Assembly: GCF_900187275.1 (NCBI RefSeq) | Contig: NZ_LT906458.1 | Coordinates: 840,001 to 872,000 of the forward strand | Reading direction: 5' to 3' | Origin: Pasteurella multocida | GTDB taxonomy: Bacteria > Pseudomonadota > Gammaproteobacteria > Enterobacterales > Pasteurellaceae | DNA: 32,000 nucleotides | Shown here: positions 21,148 through 30,159 of the stretch, in pieces | Layout of the letters: every line of letters starts with the position of its first letter | Numbering within the stretch: position 1 is the first letter of the stretch | The notes under the pieces: model-generated | The model's input: the letters and a program-made list of their open reading frames with translations, nothing else | Database searches by the model: none | Told to the model about the DNA's origin: nothing | Position numbers and translations under genes: made by a program

Positions 21148-21483
21148 ACATGACTAGTTAATCATTAAATATTAAACAACCTCAACTTAATAAAACAAAT
21201 AATAAACAAACAAGGTAAAAAACAAACTAATACTGAGCAAATAAAAAACGGATTAATATAATAACGATATATCAACCTCTAAAATAGACCAAAAATAAAT
21301 CACACGAGACAAAAGAACAATTATAATCCAAATATCGATTAACAAATAAACACATAGCGCAACGAATAATCAAACAAAATCACATTTAGATTTATTTAAA
21401 TTAAAAATATAGATTATATTTTAAATATAATGCTAGAATTCGGCACCAAAATTTTTCTCCAGCTGTAAATTAGAGATAAAGAT
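21148..21483. promoter_or_regulatory. Divergent capsule promoter region between phyA and hyaE
   Basis: 336-bp AT-rich gap between divergent capsule operons; TATAAT at 21426-21431 for the hya side, in a perfect 19-bp inverted repeat (21413-21431). A possible phyA-side TATAAT lies just outside the gap, at 21136-21141 on minus. Confidence 0.7.
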
Positions 21484-23352
21484 ATGAAAAAGGTTATTAT
21501 CATTGGACATAAACAGTCTAACTATCAAGATGTTGAAAAGGTTTTTCAATGTTATGGGATGAATCCCCCGCTTCCATCAAAACGTGAAAAAATGTCCCCC
21601 ATCGAAATTGGCCATGTGCTTAATAAAGTATTACCAAGTCTTGAGCACACACCTAAAAATGTATCTTTACTTTCTAATAAGAAAAGCAAAATAAAAAAAG
21701 GGAATTCAGCCAAAAATAAATCTCATAAGCACGCTAAAACGAACACAATACAAACGACTTCGAGCATCTGGGATAACTTATCTCTCGATTTGATGCTCGC
21801 GAATATCGAGCAAAATTTTTGGGGATGGTCTGATCCTAATGCAATTCAAATATTAGATTATTGGGCTAACCTTGACCCAAACATTCATTTCGTCTTTGTT
21901 TATGATAAGCCAGAAAATTTATTCCAATATCATAGCTTAGAAGAGGCTCTCAAATTAGATAAACACACCGTACAAGAAAAATTTGAAGAGTGGCAAACCT
22001 ACAATGAAAAAATCCTAACTTACTTTAATAAATATAAAGATCGTAGTGTATTACTGAATACACAACAACTCCAAAATACGAAAAAAACATCACTGTCTGA
22101 AATTTATAAACATATTTCTGCACCTGATGCATTAGTCAAAAAACTGAATGAACCTTCTCTAAATAAAGAGATGGAAATTATTGAAGTAAACCAAGATTTA
22201 TCTCACCAAGAAGAATGTCCACTGTCTAACTTTATTGTTAGCCAAATTATAAAAAATTCTCCTACTGTTACGCAGGTATATGAAGAATTACAGTCGCATG
22301 CTGATCTGCCTTATATTTCAGAACAAAAATTAGTAAATGATGCCGATTTTGCTCTCCTTGCATGGAAAGATATGATTCAAAAACAAGTCGATGCAAATCA
22401 ATATCAACATGAAAAAGAATTAGAACTTAGCACAATAAAAGAACGTCAATTAGAGGTTACAGAGAAATATCAATTGACGGAACAAAAACTGTCAGAAACA
22501 CAAAAAGAAATCGAACAAATTAAAGATGAAAATAGAAAAGTCAAATCTGAAAAAGTAAAACTCACTGCATCTGTTCAATCAACGAGCAAAATACTTTCTG
22601 AGAAAGAAAAAGAGATTTCTTGCATAAAAAGTGAAAATACAAAGATTAAAGAAGAAAAAATTAAAATTGATGAAGCATACCACTTAACCAAGAAAACCTT
22701 GTCGGATAAAGAAAAAGCCCTCAAAACGCATCAAGATGAAATTGAAGCGCTCAAGATAATTTTTAATGAAAATATTTCCGTACAAGAAGATATGCAAGAA
22801 AAATTTCAGGAAACCAATAAAAGAAAACAAGAACTTGAACAAGAGCTAAAAGCCATATCGGATAAGAAAGCATTATTAGAAACAGAAAACAGCCAAAAAA
22901 CCCAAGTATCTGAGTCTTTAGAAAATGAAAATAAAGTGTTATTAGCTCAACTCCAACTCATTCAAGAAGAATTAGAAAAACTTTATATTGACAATCAAGT
23001 ATTAAAAGCTAAACCACGCCTTTACGGTGCAGCTGATCGCATAAAAAACCAATTAACTTATCGACTAGGTTACAAAATACAAAGACATGGAAGAAGTCTA
23101 TTTGGTCTCATTTTTCTTCCCCTTATCTTATTTTGCACTTATTTGCGTTTTAAAAAAGAGATGAAAAAGTACGAATGGAATACCCTCCCACCAATTCACG
23201 AGTATGAAGACGCGCATAAAGCAAACCGCATTAAAAGCCATTTATCTTATAAATTGGGTGTCATCTTTTTACAAGAAATCAAAAATCCGTTTAAGTGGCT
23301 TACTCTCCCTTACAAACTGATTAAAGAAGGTAAACAATTCAAGCAAAGTTAA
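21484..23352 (+). CDS. hyaE: HyaE-like capsule biosynthesis protein: sulfotransferase-like N-terminal region, long coiled coil, C-terminal hydrophobic segment
   Basis: 622 aa; first gene of the capsule biosynthesis region before hyaD; heptad-rich centre; C-terminal LFGLIFLPLILFCTYL. Confidence 0.85.
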   Translation: MKKVIIIGHKQSNYQDVEKVFQCYGMNPPLPSKREKMSPIEIGHVLNKVLPSLEHTPKNVSLLSNKKSKIKKGNSAKNKSHKHAKTNTIQTTSSIWDNLSLDLMLANIEQNFWGWSDPNAIQILDYWANLDPNIHFVFVYDKPENLFQYHSLEEALKLDKHTVQEKFEEWQTYNEKILTYFNKYKDRSVLLNTQQLQNTKKTSLSEIYKHISAPDALVKKLNEPSLNKEMEIIEVNQDLSHQEECPLSNFIVSQIIKNSPTVTQVYEELQSHADLPYISEQKLVNDADFALLAWKDMIQKQVDANQYQHEKELELSTIKERQLEVTEKYQLTEQKLSETQKEIEQIKDENRKVKSEKVKLTASVQSTSKILSEKEKEISCIKSENTKIKEEKIKIDEAYHLTKKTLSDKEKALKTHQDEIEALKIIFNENISVQEDMQEKFQETNKRKQELEQELKAISDKKALLETENSQKTQVSESLENENKVLLAQLQLIQEELEKLYIDNQVLKAKPRLYGAADRIKNQLTYRLGYKIQRHGRSLFGLIFLPLILFCTYLRFKKEMKKYEWNTLPPIHEYEDAHKANRIKSHLSYKLGVIFLQEIKNPFKWLTLPYKLIKEGKQFKQS

Positions 23353-23369
23353 TTTTTTAAGGACAGAAA

Positions 23370-26288
23370 ATGAATACATTATCACAAGCAATAAAAGCAT
23401 ATAACAGCAATGACTATCAATTAGCACTCAAATTATTTGAAAAGTCGGCGGAAATCTATGGACGGAAAATTGTTGAATTTCAAATTACCAAATGCAAAGA
23501 AAAACTCTCAGCACATCCTTCTGTTAATTCAGCACATCTTTCTGTAAATAAAGAAGAAAAAGTCAATGTTTGCGATAGTCCGTTAGATATTGCAACACAA
23601 CTGTTACTTTCCAACGTAAAAAAATTAGTACTTTCTGACTCGGAAAAAAACACGTTAAAAAATAAATGGAAATTGCTCACTGAGAAGAAATCTGAAAATG
23701 CGGAGGTAAGAGCGGTCGCCCTTGTACCAAAAGATTTTCCCAAAGATCTGGTTTTAGCGCCTTTACCTGATCATGTTAATGATTTTACATGGTACAAAAA
23801 GCGAAAGAAAAGACTTGGCATAAAACCTGAACATCAACATGTTGGTCTTTCTATTATCGTTACAACATTCAATCGACCAGCAATTTTATCGATTACATTA
23901 GCCTGTTTAGTAAACCAAAAAACACATTACCCGTTTGAAGTTATCGTGACAGATGATGGTAGTCAGGAAGATCTATCACCGATCATTCGCCAATATGAAA
24001 ATAAATTGGATATTCGCTACGTCAGACAAAAAGATAACGGTTTTCAAGCCAGTGCCGCTCGGAATATGGGATTACGCTTAGCAAAATATGACTTTATTGG
24101 CTTACTCGACTGTGATATGGCGCCAAATCCATTATGGGTTCATTCTTATGTTGCAGAGCTATTAGAAGATGATGATTTAACAATCATTGGTCCAAGAAAA
24201 TACATCGATACACAACATATTGACCCAAAAGACTTCTTAAATAACGCGAGTTTGCTTGAATCATTACCAGAAGTGAAAACCAATAATAGTGTTGCCGCAA
24301 AAGGGGAAGGAACAGTTTCTCTGGATTGGCGCTTAGAACAATTCGAAAAAACAGAAAATCTCCGCTTATCCGATTCGCCTTTCCGTTTTTTTGCGGCGGG
24401 TAATGTTGCTTTCGCTAAAAAATGGCTAAATAAATCCGGTTTCTTTGATGAGGAATTTAATCACTGGGGTGGAGAAGATGTGGAATTTGGATATCGCTTA
24501 TTCCGTTACGGTAGTTTCTTTAAAACTATTGATGGCATTATGGCCTACCATCAAGAGCCACCAGGTAAAGAAAATGAAACCGATCGTGAAGCGGGAAAAA
24601 ATATTACGCTCGATATTATGAGAGAAAAGGTCCCTTATATCTATAGAAAACTTTTACCAATAGAAGATTCGCATATCAATAGAGTACCTTTAGTTTCAAT
24701 TTATATCCCAGCTTATAACTGTGCAAACTATATTCAACGTTGCGTAGATAGTGCACTGAATCAGACTGTTGTTGATCTCGAGGTTTGTATTTGTAACGAT
24801 GGTTCAACAGATAATACCTTAGAAGTGATCAATAAGCTTTATGGTAATAATCCTAGGGTACGCATCATGTCTAAACCAAATGGCGGAATAGCCTCAGCAT
24901 CAAATGCAGCCGTTTCTTTTGCTAAAGGTTATTACATTGGGCAGTTAGATTCAGATGATTATCTTGAGCCTGATGCAGTTGAACTGTGTTTAAAAGAATT
25001 TTTAAAAGATAAAACGCTAGCTTGTGTTTATACCACTAATAGAAACGTCAATCCGGATGGTAGCTTAATCGCTAATGGTTACAATTGGCCAGAATTTTCA
25101 CGAGAAAAACTCACAACGGCTATGATTGCTCACCACTTTAGAATGTTCACGATTAGAGCTTGGCATTTAACTGATGGATTCAATGAAAAAATTGAAAATG
25201 CCGTAGACTATGACATGTTCCTCAAACTCAGTGAAGTTGGAAAATTTAAACATCTTAATAAAATCTGCTATAACCGTGTATTACATGGTGATAACACATC
25301 AATTAAGAAACTTGGCATTCAAAAGAAAAACCATTTTGTTGTAGTCAATCAGTCATTAAATAGACAAGGCATAACTTATTATAATTATGACGAATTTGAT
25401 GATTTAGATGAAAGTAGAAAGTATATTTTCAATAAAACCGCTGAATATCAAGAAGAGATTGATATCTTAAAAGATATTAAAATCATCCAGAATAAAGATG
25501 CCAAAATCGCAGTCAGTATTTTTTATCCCAATACATTAAACGGCTTAGTGAAAAAACTAAACAATATTATTGAATATAATAAAAATATATTCGTTATTGT
25601 TCTACATGTTGATAAGAATCATCTTACACCAGATATCAAAAAAGAAATACTAGCCTTCTATCATAAACATCAAGTGAATATTTTACTAAATAATGATATC
25701 TCATATTACACGAGTAATAGATTAATAAAAACTGAGGCGCATTTAAGTAATATTAATAAATTAAGTCAGTTAAATCTAAATTGTGAATACATCATTTTTG
25801 ATAATCATGACAGCCTATTCGTTAAAAATGACAGCTATGCTTATATGAAAAAATATGATGTCGGCATGAATTTCTCAGCATTAACACATGATTGGATCGA
25901 GAAAATCAATGCGCATCCACCATTTAAAAAGCTCATTAAAACTTATTTTAATGACAATGACTTAAAAAGTATGAATGTGAAAGGGGCATCACAAGGTATG
26001 TTTATGACGTATGCGCTAGCGCATGAGCTTCTGACGATTATTAAAGAAGTCATCACATCTTGCCAGTCAATTGATAGTGTGCCAGAATATAACACTGAGG
26101 ATATTTGGTTCCAATTTGCACTTTTAATCTTAGAAAAGAAAACCGGCCATGTATTTAATAAAACATCGACCCTGACTTATATGCCTTGGGAACGAAAATT
26201 ACAATGGACAAATGAACAAATTGAAAGTGCAAAAAGAGGAGAAAATATACCTGTTAACAAGTTCATTATTAATAGTATAACTCTATAA
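23370..26288 (+). CDS. hyaD: Bifunctional hyaluronan synthase (GlcNAc and GlcUA transferase)
   Basis: 972 aa, two GT2 domains; DxD motifs at residues 247-249 (LLDCDMAP) and 527-529 (QLDSDDYLEP). Length, numbering and A1 sequence (FQASAARNMGLRLAKYDFIGLLDCDMAPNP) match my recollection of P. multocida PmHAS rather than the 965-aa chondroitin synthase. Confidence 0.9.
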   Translation: MNTLSQAIKAYNSNDYQLALKLFEKSAEIYGRKIVEFQITKCKEKLSAHPSVNSAHLSVNKEEKVNVCDSPLDIATQLLLSNVKKLVLSDSEKNTLKNKWKLLTEKKSENAEVRAVALVPKDFPKDLVLAPLPDHVNDFTWYKKRKKRLGIKPEHQHVGLSIIVTTFNRPAILSITLACLVNQKTHYPFEVIVTDDGSQEDLSPIIRQYENKLDIRYVRQKDNGFQASAARNMGLRLAKYDFIGLLDCDMAPNPLWVHSYVAELLEDDDLTIIGPRKYIDTQHIDPKDFLNNASLLESLPEVKTNNSVAAKGEGTVSLDWRLEQFEKTENLRLSDSPFRFFAAGNVAFAKKWLNKSGFFDEEFNHWGGEDVEFGYRLFRYGSFFKTIDGIMAYHQEPPGKENETDREAGKNITLDIMREKVPYIYRKLLPIEDSHINRVPLVSIYIPAYNCANYIQRCVDSALNQTVVDLEVCICNDGSTDNTLEVINKLYGNNPRVRIMSKPNGGIASASNAAVSFAKGYYIGQLDSDDYLEPDAVELCLKEFLKDKTLACVYTTNRNVNPDGSLIANGYNWPEFSREKLTTAMIAHHFRMFTIRAWHLTDGFNEKIENAVDYDMFLKLSEVGKFKHLNKICYNRVLHGDNTSIKKLGIQKKNHFVVVNQSLNRQGITYYNYDEFDDLDESRKYIFNKTAEYQEEIDILKDIKIIQNKDAKIAVSIFYPNTLNGLVKKLNNIIEYNKNIFVIVLHVDKNHLTPDIKKEILAFYHKHQVNILLNNDISYYTSNRLIKTEAHLSNINKLSQLNLNCEYIIFDNHDSLFVKNDSYAYMKKYDVGMNFSALTHDWIEKINAHPPFKKLIKTYFNDNDLKSMNVKGASQGMFMTYALAHELLTIIKEVITSCQSIDSVPEYNTEDIWFQFALLILEKKTGHVFNKTSTLTYMPWERKLQWTNEQIESAKRGENIPVNKFIINSITL

Positions 26289-26351
26289 AACACTTGCATT
26301 TTATTAAAAATAAAATCCTATAATATTTGCAGTTTAAATAAAGGATAAAAA

Positions 26352-27524
26352 ATGAAGAAAATTACAATTGCTGGGGCTGGCTATGTTGGTTTATCCAATG
26401 CAGTATTATTAGCTCAACACCACAATGTGATCTTATTAGATATTGATCAAAATAAAGTTGATTTAATTAATAATAAAAAATCGCCCATCACAGATAAAGA
26501 AATCGAAGATTTCTTACAAAATAAATCACTGACAATGATGGCAACAACAGATAAAGAAGTGGCATTAAAAAACGCAGACTTTGTCATCATCGCAACGCCA
26601 ACAGACTATAATACCGAAACAGGTTATTTTAATACATCCACTGTTGAAGCTGTCATTGAACAAACCCTTTCAATCAATCCACAAGCAACGATTATTATAA
26701 AATCAACGATTCCCGTTGGTTTTACCGAAAAAATGCGTGAGAAATTTAATACCCCAAATCTTATCTTTTCACCTGAATTTCTAAGAGAGGGAAAAGCCCT
26801 TTACGATAATTTGTATCCAAGCAGAATTATTGTTGGCAGTACTTCTTATCAAGCAAAAGTATTTGCCGATATGTTAACACAGTGTGCCAGAAAAAAAGAT
26901 GTAACTGTTTTATTTACACACAATACTGAGGCCGAAGCTGTTAAATTATTTGCAAATACGTATCTCGCAATGCGAGTTGCCTTTTTTAATGAATTAGATA
27001 CTTATGCGAGTCTTCACCATTTAAATACAAAAGACATTATCAATGGTATTTCTACTGATCCTCGCATTGGTACACACTACAATAACCCAAGTTTCGGCTA
27101 TGGCGGTTATTGTTTACCCAAAGACACTAAACAGTTACTGGCTAACTATGCTGACGTACCTCAAAATCTCATTGAAGCCATTGTCAAATCTAATGAAACC
27201 AGAAAACGTTTCATTACTCATGATGTATTAAATAAGAAACCTAAAACTGTTGGTATTTATCGTTTAATCATGAAGTCAGGTTCTGATAACTTCAGAGCTT
27301 CTGCTATTCTCGATATTATGCCGCATCTCAAAGAAAACGGTGTTGAGATTGTGATTTATGAGCCAACCTTAAATCAACAGGCATTTGAGGACTACCCCGT
27401 TATTAATCAACTCTCTGAATTTATTAATCGCTCTGATGTCATTCTCGCTAATCGTTCTGAGCCAGATTTAAATCAATGTTCCCATAAAATCTATACAAGA
27501 GATATTTTTGGCGGTGATGCTTAA
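26352..27524 (+). CDS. hyaC: UDP-glucose 6-dehydrogenase (UDP-GlcUA supply)
   Basis: 390 aa; MKKITIAGAGYVGLSNAVLLAQ Rossmann motif, SPEFLREGKALYDNLYPSRII, GFGYGGYCLPKDTKQLLANY catalytic Cys motif. Confidence 0.95.
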   Translation: MKKITIAGAGYVGLSNAVLLAQHHNVILLDIDQNKVDLINNKKSPITDKEIEDFLQNKSLTMMATTDKEVALKNADFVIIATPTDYNTETGYFNTSTVEAVIEQTLSINPQATIIIKSTIPVGFTEKMREKFNTPNLIFSPEFLREGKALYDNLYPSRIIVGSTSYQAKVFADMLTQCARKKDVTVLFTHNTEAEAVKLFANTYLAMRVAFFNELDTYASLHHLNTKDIINGISTDPRIGTHYNNPSFGYGGYCLPKDTKQLLANYADVPQNLIEAIVKSNETRKRFITHDVLNKKPKTVGIYRLIMKSGSDNFRASAILDIMPHLKENGVEIVIYEPTLNQQAFEDYPVINQLSEFINRSDVILANRSEPDLNQCSHKIYTRDIFGGDA

Positions 27525-28950
27525 CCTGTTTAAAATCATAAAAAAGTATGTGCATATTCAATCTTTATTACACAAAAAAGAATATGCCTTACTTTATGCT
27601 AAATACATAAACCAGCTTTCTATCAACCAGCAGGCTTATGTTATTTGTCAACTCAAACTCTATGATCTCTTTCTGATTGATCCTAAATGGAGCCACTCTG
27701 TTTTTTTCCAGTTAGGATTAATTGCTCGTGGACACGATCATGATAGCGATGAAGTGGTACGTCGTTTGATCACTTGCACTGATTTTAGCAAAAATAAGCA
27801 GTTAATCCTTTCTCAATTACTTGCTTATTCACCTCAAATTGCAACAACATTATGTCCACAGACATATCGTTATCGTGCGCTATATCTCTCATTACTAGCG
27901 AATTTAAAAGACTTTGTTCGTTTAAAAGAAGAACTCAATAAGTTGCCGTCATGTGTGTTAAAGAATACACCTCATTACTGTTTGTTACAGAATTTTGTCG
28001 AAAAAGAAAACAGCAAGAAATTAGAGAACATTAATCAATTTCTTTACTTTTATAAACTTGGAGAAATAACTACGATAAAGACAGAAGATCCACCTAATAC
28101 TAATAATATAGTCAGTCATTCGATAGTTAATGACACAAACACCTACTTAAATGCCCCTTTAATTACCATATTAGTGACGACATTTAACAGTCAAAAAAGT
28201 ATAAAAAACACATTAAATTCATTGTTCAATCAAAGCTATCCAAATATTGAAATTATCGTTATTGATGATCATAGCCAAGATAATACGATGAGTATTCTCC
28301 AGGCTTATACTAAGCAATATAAAAATATCAAAATCATTAGCTTAAAAGAAAATGTCGGGACTTATGTCGCAAAAAATATTGGGCTTAAATACGCCTCTGG
28401 CGAATTCATCACTTGTCAAGATTCCGATGATTGGGCACACCCACAAAAATTAGCACTTCAGGTGGCTCCTTTATTACAACATAAAGAGTTAATTGTAACT
28501 TTTTCTAAGTGGGTAAGGCTCGATCCAATAGGGAATCCTTATGCCCGTACTATTTATCCATTAATGCGTTTAAACCCTTCTTCCGCATTATTCCGTAAAA
28601 AAGAAGTGTGTGAAAAAACTGCATTATGGGATTGGGTAAGAATCGGTGCAGATAGCGAATTTAATGCACGCTTAAAATTAATTTTTGGACACAAAGGCTA
28701 TTACACCGTGAATAAACCTTTGACATTCGGTGCACATCGAGAAAATTCATTAATGACAGCTCAAAGTACTGGCTATGTCAATGGCGTCTCCCTACCTCGT
28801 GAAGCATATTGGAAAGCATGGAATATCTGGCATATTTCACAATTACAGCGAGGACACGCCCCTCTTTTATCTTCCTCTCCTAAACGAGAATTTTTTCAAT
28901 ATGACCAACATCCGATCATGGATGTTATTTCTTATGCAATCATTAATTAA
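27517..28950 (+). CDS. hyaB: Capsule locus glycosyltransferase family 2 protein
   Basis: The tracked ORF starts at a TTG (27508); ATG 27517 overlaps the end of hyaC by 8 nt. GT2 signature APLITILVTTFNSQKSIKNTLNSLFNQSYPNIEIIVIDDHSQDNT in the C-terminal half. Confidence 0.88.
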   Translation: MLNLFKIIKKYVHIQSLLHKKEYALLYAKYINQLSINQQAYVICQLKLYDLFLIDPKWSHSVFFQLGLIARGHDHDSDEVVRRLITCTDFSKNKQLILSQLLAYSPQIATTLCPQTYRYRALYLSLLANLKDFVRLKEELNKLPSCVLKNTPHYCLLQNFVEKENSKKLENINQFLYFYKLGEITTIKTEDPPNTNNIVSHSIVNDTNTYLNAPLITILVTTFNSQKSIKNTLNSLFNQSYPNIEIIVIDDHSQDNTMSILQAYTKQYKNIKIISLKENVGTYVAKNIGLKYASGEFITCQDSDDWAHPQKLALQVAPLLQHKELIVTFSKWVRLDPIGNPYARTIYPLMRLNPSSALFRKKEVCEKTALWDWVRIGADSEFNARLKLIFGHKGYYTVNKPLTFGAHRENSLMTAQSTGYVNGVSLPREAYWKAWNIWHISQLQRGHAPLLSSSPKREFFQYDQHPIMDVISYAIIN

Positions 28951-28968
28951 ATCTTAAGAGAGATTATT

Positions 28969-30150
28969 ATGAAACCAATAAAAACATTATCTATTTCTTT
29001 TATCACAACGCTCATCCTCGCTGGCTGTCATAGCATGCCAACTTCGGGACCCGCTCAAAATCATATTATTGGGTTAAAAAAACCACAAAATAAGAGCTTG
29101 CCAAGTGTTGATGTGATTGAAATGAATGATAAAGTAGCACACACTTTGTTTAAACAAAAGCAATCGCAATCCTTTACTCAATTCAAACAGCAAAATAGCA
29201 ACTATGCAGATATCATTAATGTTGGCGATACATTAGATGTGTTGATTTGGGAAGCCGCACCCGCTATTTTATTCGGCAGTGTTCTGTCACAAACTGGTAG
29301 TGGCGGTGCAAATCTCACGACATTACCCGAACAAATTGTTGCACGCAATGGAAAAATCACAATCCCATTTTTAGGCCCTATCTTAGTAAAAGGCAAAACA
29401 CCAGAGCAAATTCAAAGAGATATTGCTCATGCGTTATCCTCCTTAGCGAATAAACCTCAGGTGATTGTTCGTTTAAATAAAAATAACTCAAAAAATGTCA
29501 CCATTCTCCGCCAAGGCAATAGTGTCAGAATGCCATTAACATCACAAGGTGAACGTGTACTTGATGCTATTGCCGCAGTGGGCGGTGCCACAGAAAATCT
29601 ACAAGATATTTCCGTTCAACTTACACGTGGTAAAGAAGTAAAAATGCTTTCCTTAGAAAAATTAGCCACTCATCCTGAAGAAAACATTCTGCTACGTTCA
29701 AATGATGTCGTTACATTACTGAATAAACCTCTTAGTTTCACAGGATTAGGTGCCCTCGGGACAAATAAACAGGTGAAATTCTCTGCGAATGGCTTAACAC
29801 TCGCAGAAGGCATCGGAGAAATGGGTGGACTATTAGATAACCGTGCTGATCCTAAAGGGGTTTTTGTCTTCCGTTATATTCCATTTAATAAATTATCTCT
29901 CGCAGAACAAACTAAATGGAAAGCTCGTGGCTATGATAACGACATGGAGATTCCAACAGTTTATAGTGTCAATCTACTTAATCCAAACGCGTTGTTTTGG
30001 TTACAACGTTTCCCTATTCAAGATAAAGATTTAGTTTATGTATCAAATGCACCAATGGCAGAATTCCAAAAATTCTTAAAATTAGTGTTTTCTATCACCT
30101 CTCCTGTTACGGGTACACTTCATAATATTAATGTAATTAAAAATTTATAA
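28969..30150 (+). CDS. hexD: Capsule outer-membrane polysaccharide export lipoprotein (BexD/CtrA/Wza family)
   Basis: 393 aa; lipobox ILAGCH; INVGDTLDVLIWE; polysaccharide export domain GKITIPFLGPILVKGKTPEQIQRDI. Confidence 0.93.
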   Translation: MKPIKTLSISFITTLILAGCHSMPTSGPAQNHIIGLKKPQNKSLPSVDVIEMNDKVAHTLFKQKQSQSFTQFKQQNSNYADIINVGDTLDVLIWEAAPAILFGSVLSQTGSGGANLTTLPEQIVARNGKITIPFLGPILVKGKTPEQIQRDIAHALSSLANKPQVIVRLNKNNSKNVTILRQGNSVRMPLTSQGERVLDAIAAVGGATENLQDISVQLTRGKEVKMLSLEKLATHPEENILLRSNDVVTLLNKPLSFTGLGALGTNKQVKFSANGLTLAEGIGEMGGLLDNRADPKGVFVFRYIPFNKLSLAEQTKWKARGYDNDMEIPTVYSVNLLNPNALFWLQRFPIQDKDLVYVSNAPMAEFQKFLKLVFSITSPVTGTLHNINVIKNL

Positions 30151-30159
30151 GGATAGAGA

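Noticed and set aside
21148-21483. JUMPstart/ops element for RfaH upstream of the capsule genes
   Set aside because: No GGCGGTAG or close variant seen in the intergenic region.
23480-23743. 87-aa minus-strand ORF within hyaD
   Set aside because: Antisense to a clear CDS, serine/phenylalanine-rich shadow sequence.
23370-26288. Chondroitin synthase (serogroup F-type) assignment
   Set aside because: Considered first because the second half is shared with chondroitin synthases. The 972-aa length, DxD at 247 and 527, and the ASAARNMGL A1 motif fit the hyaluronan synthase better; KfoC-like enzymes have LCAVRNLGL.
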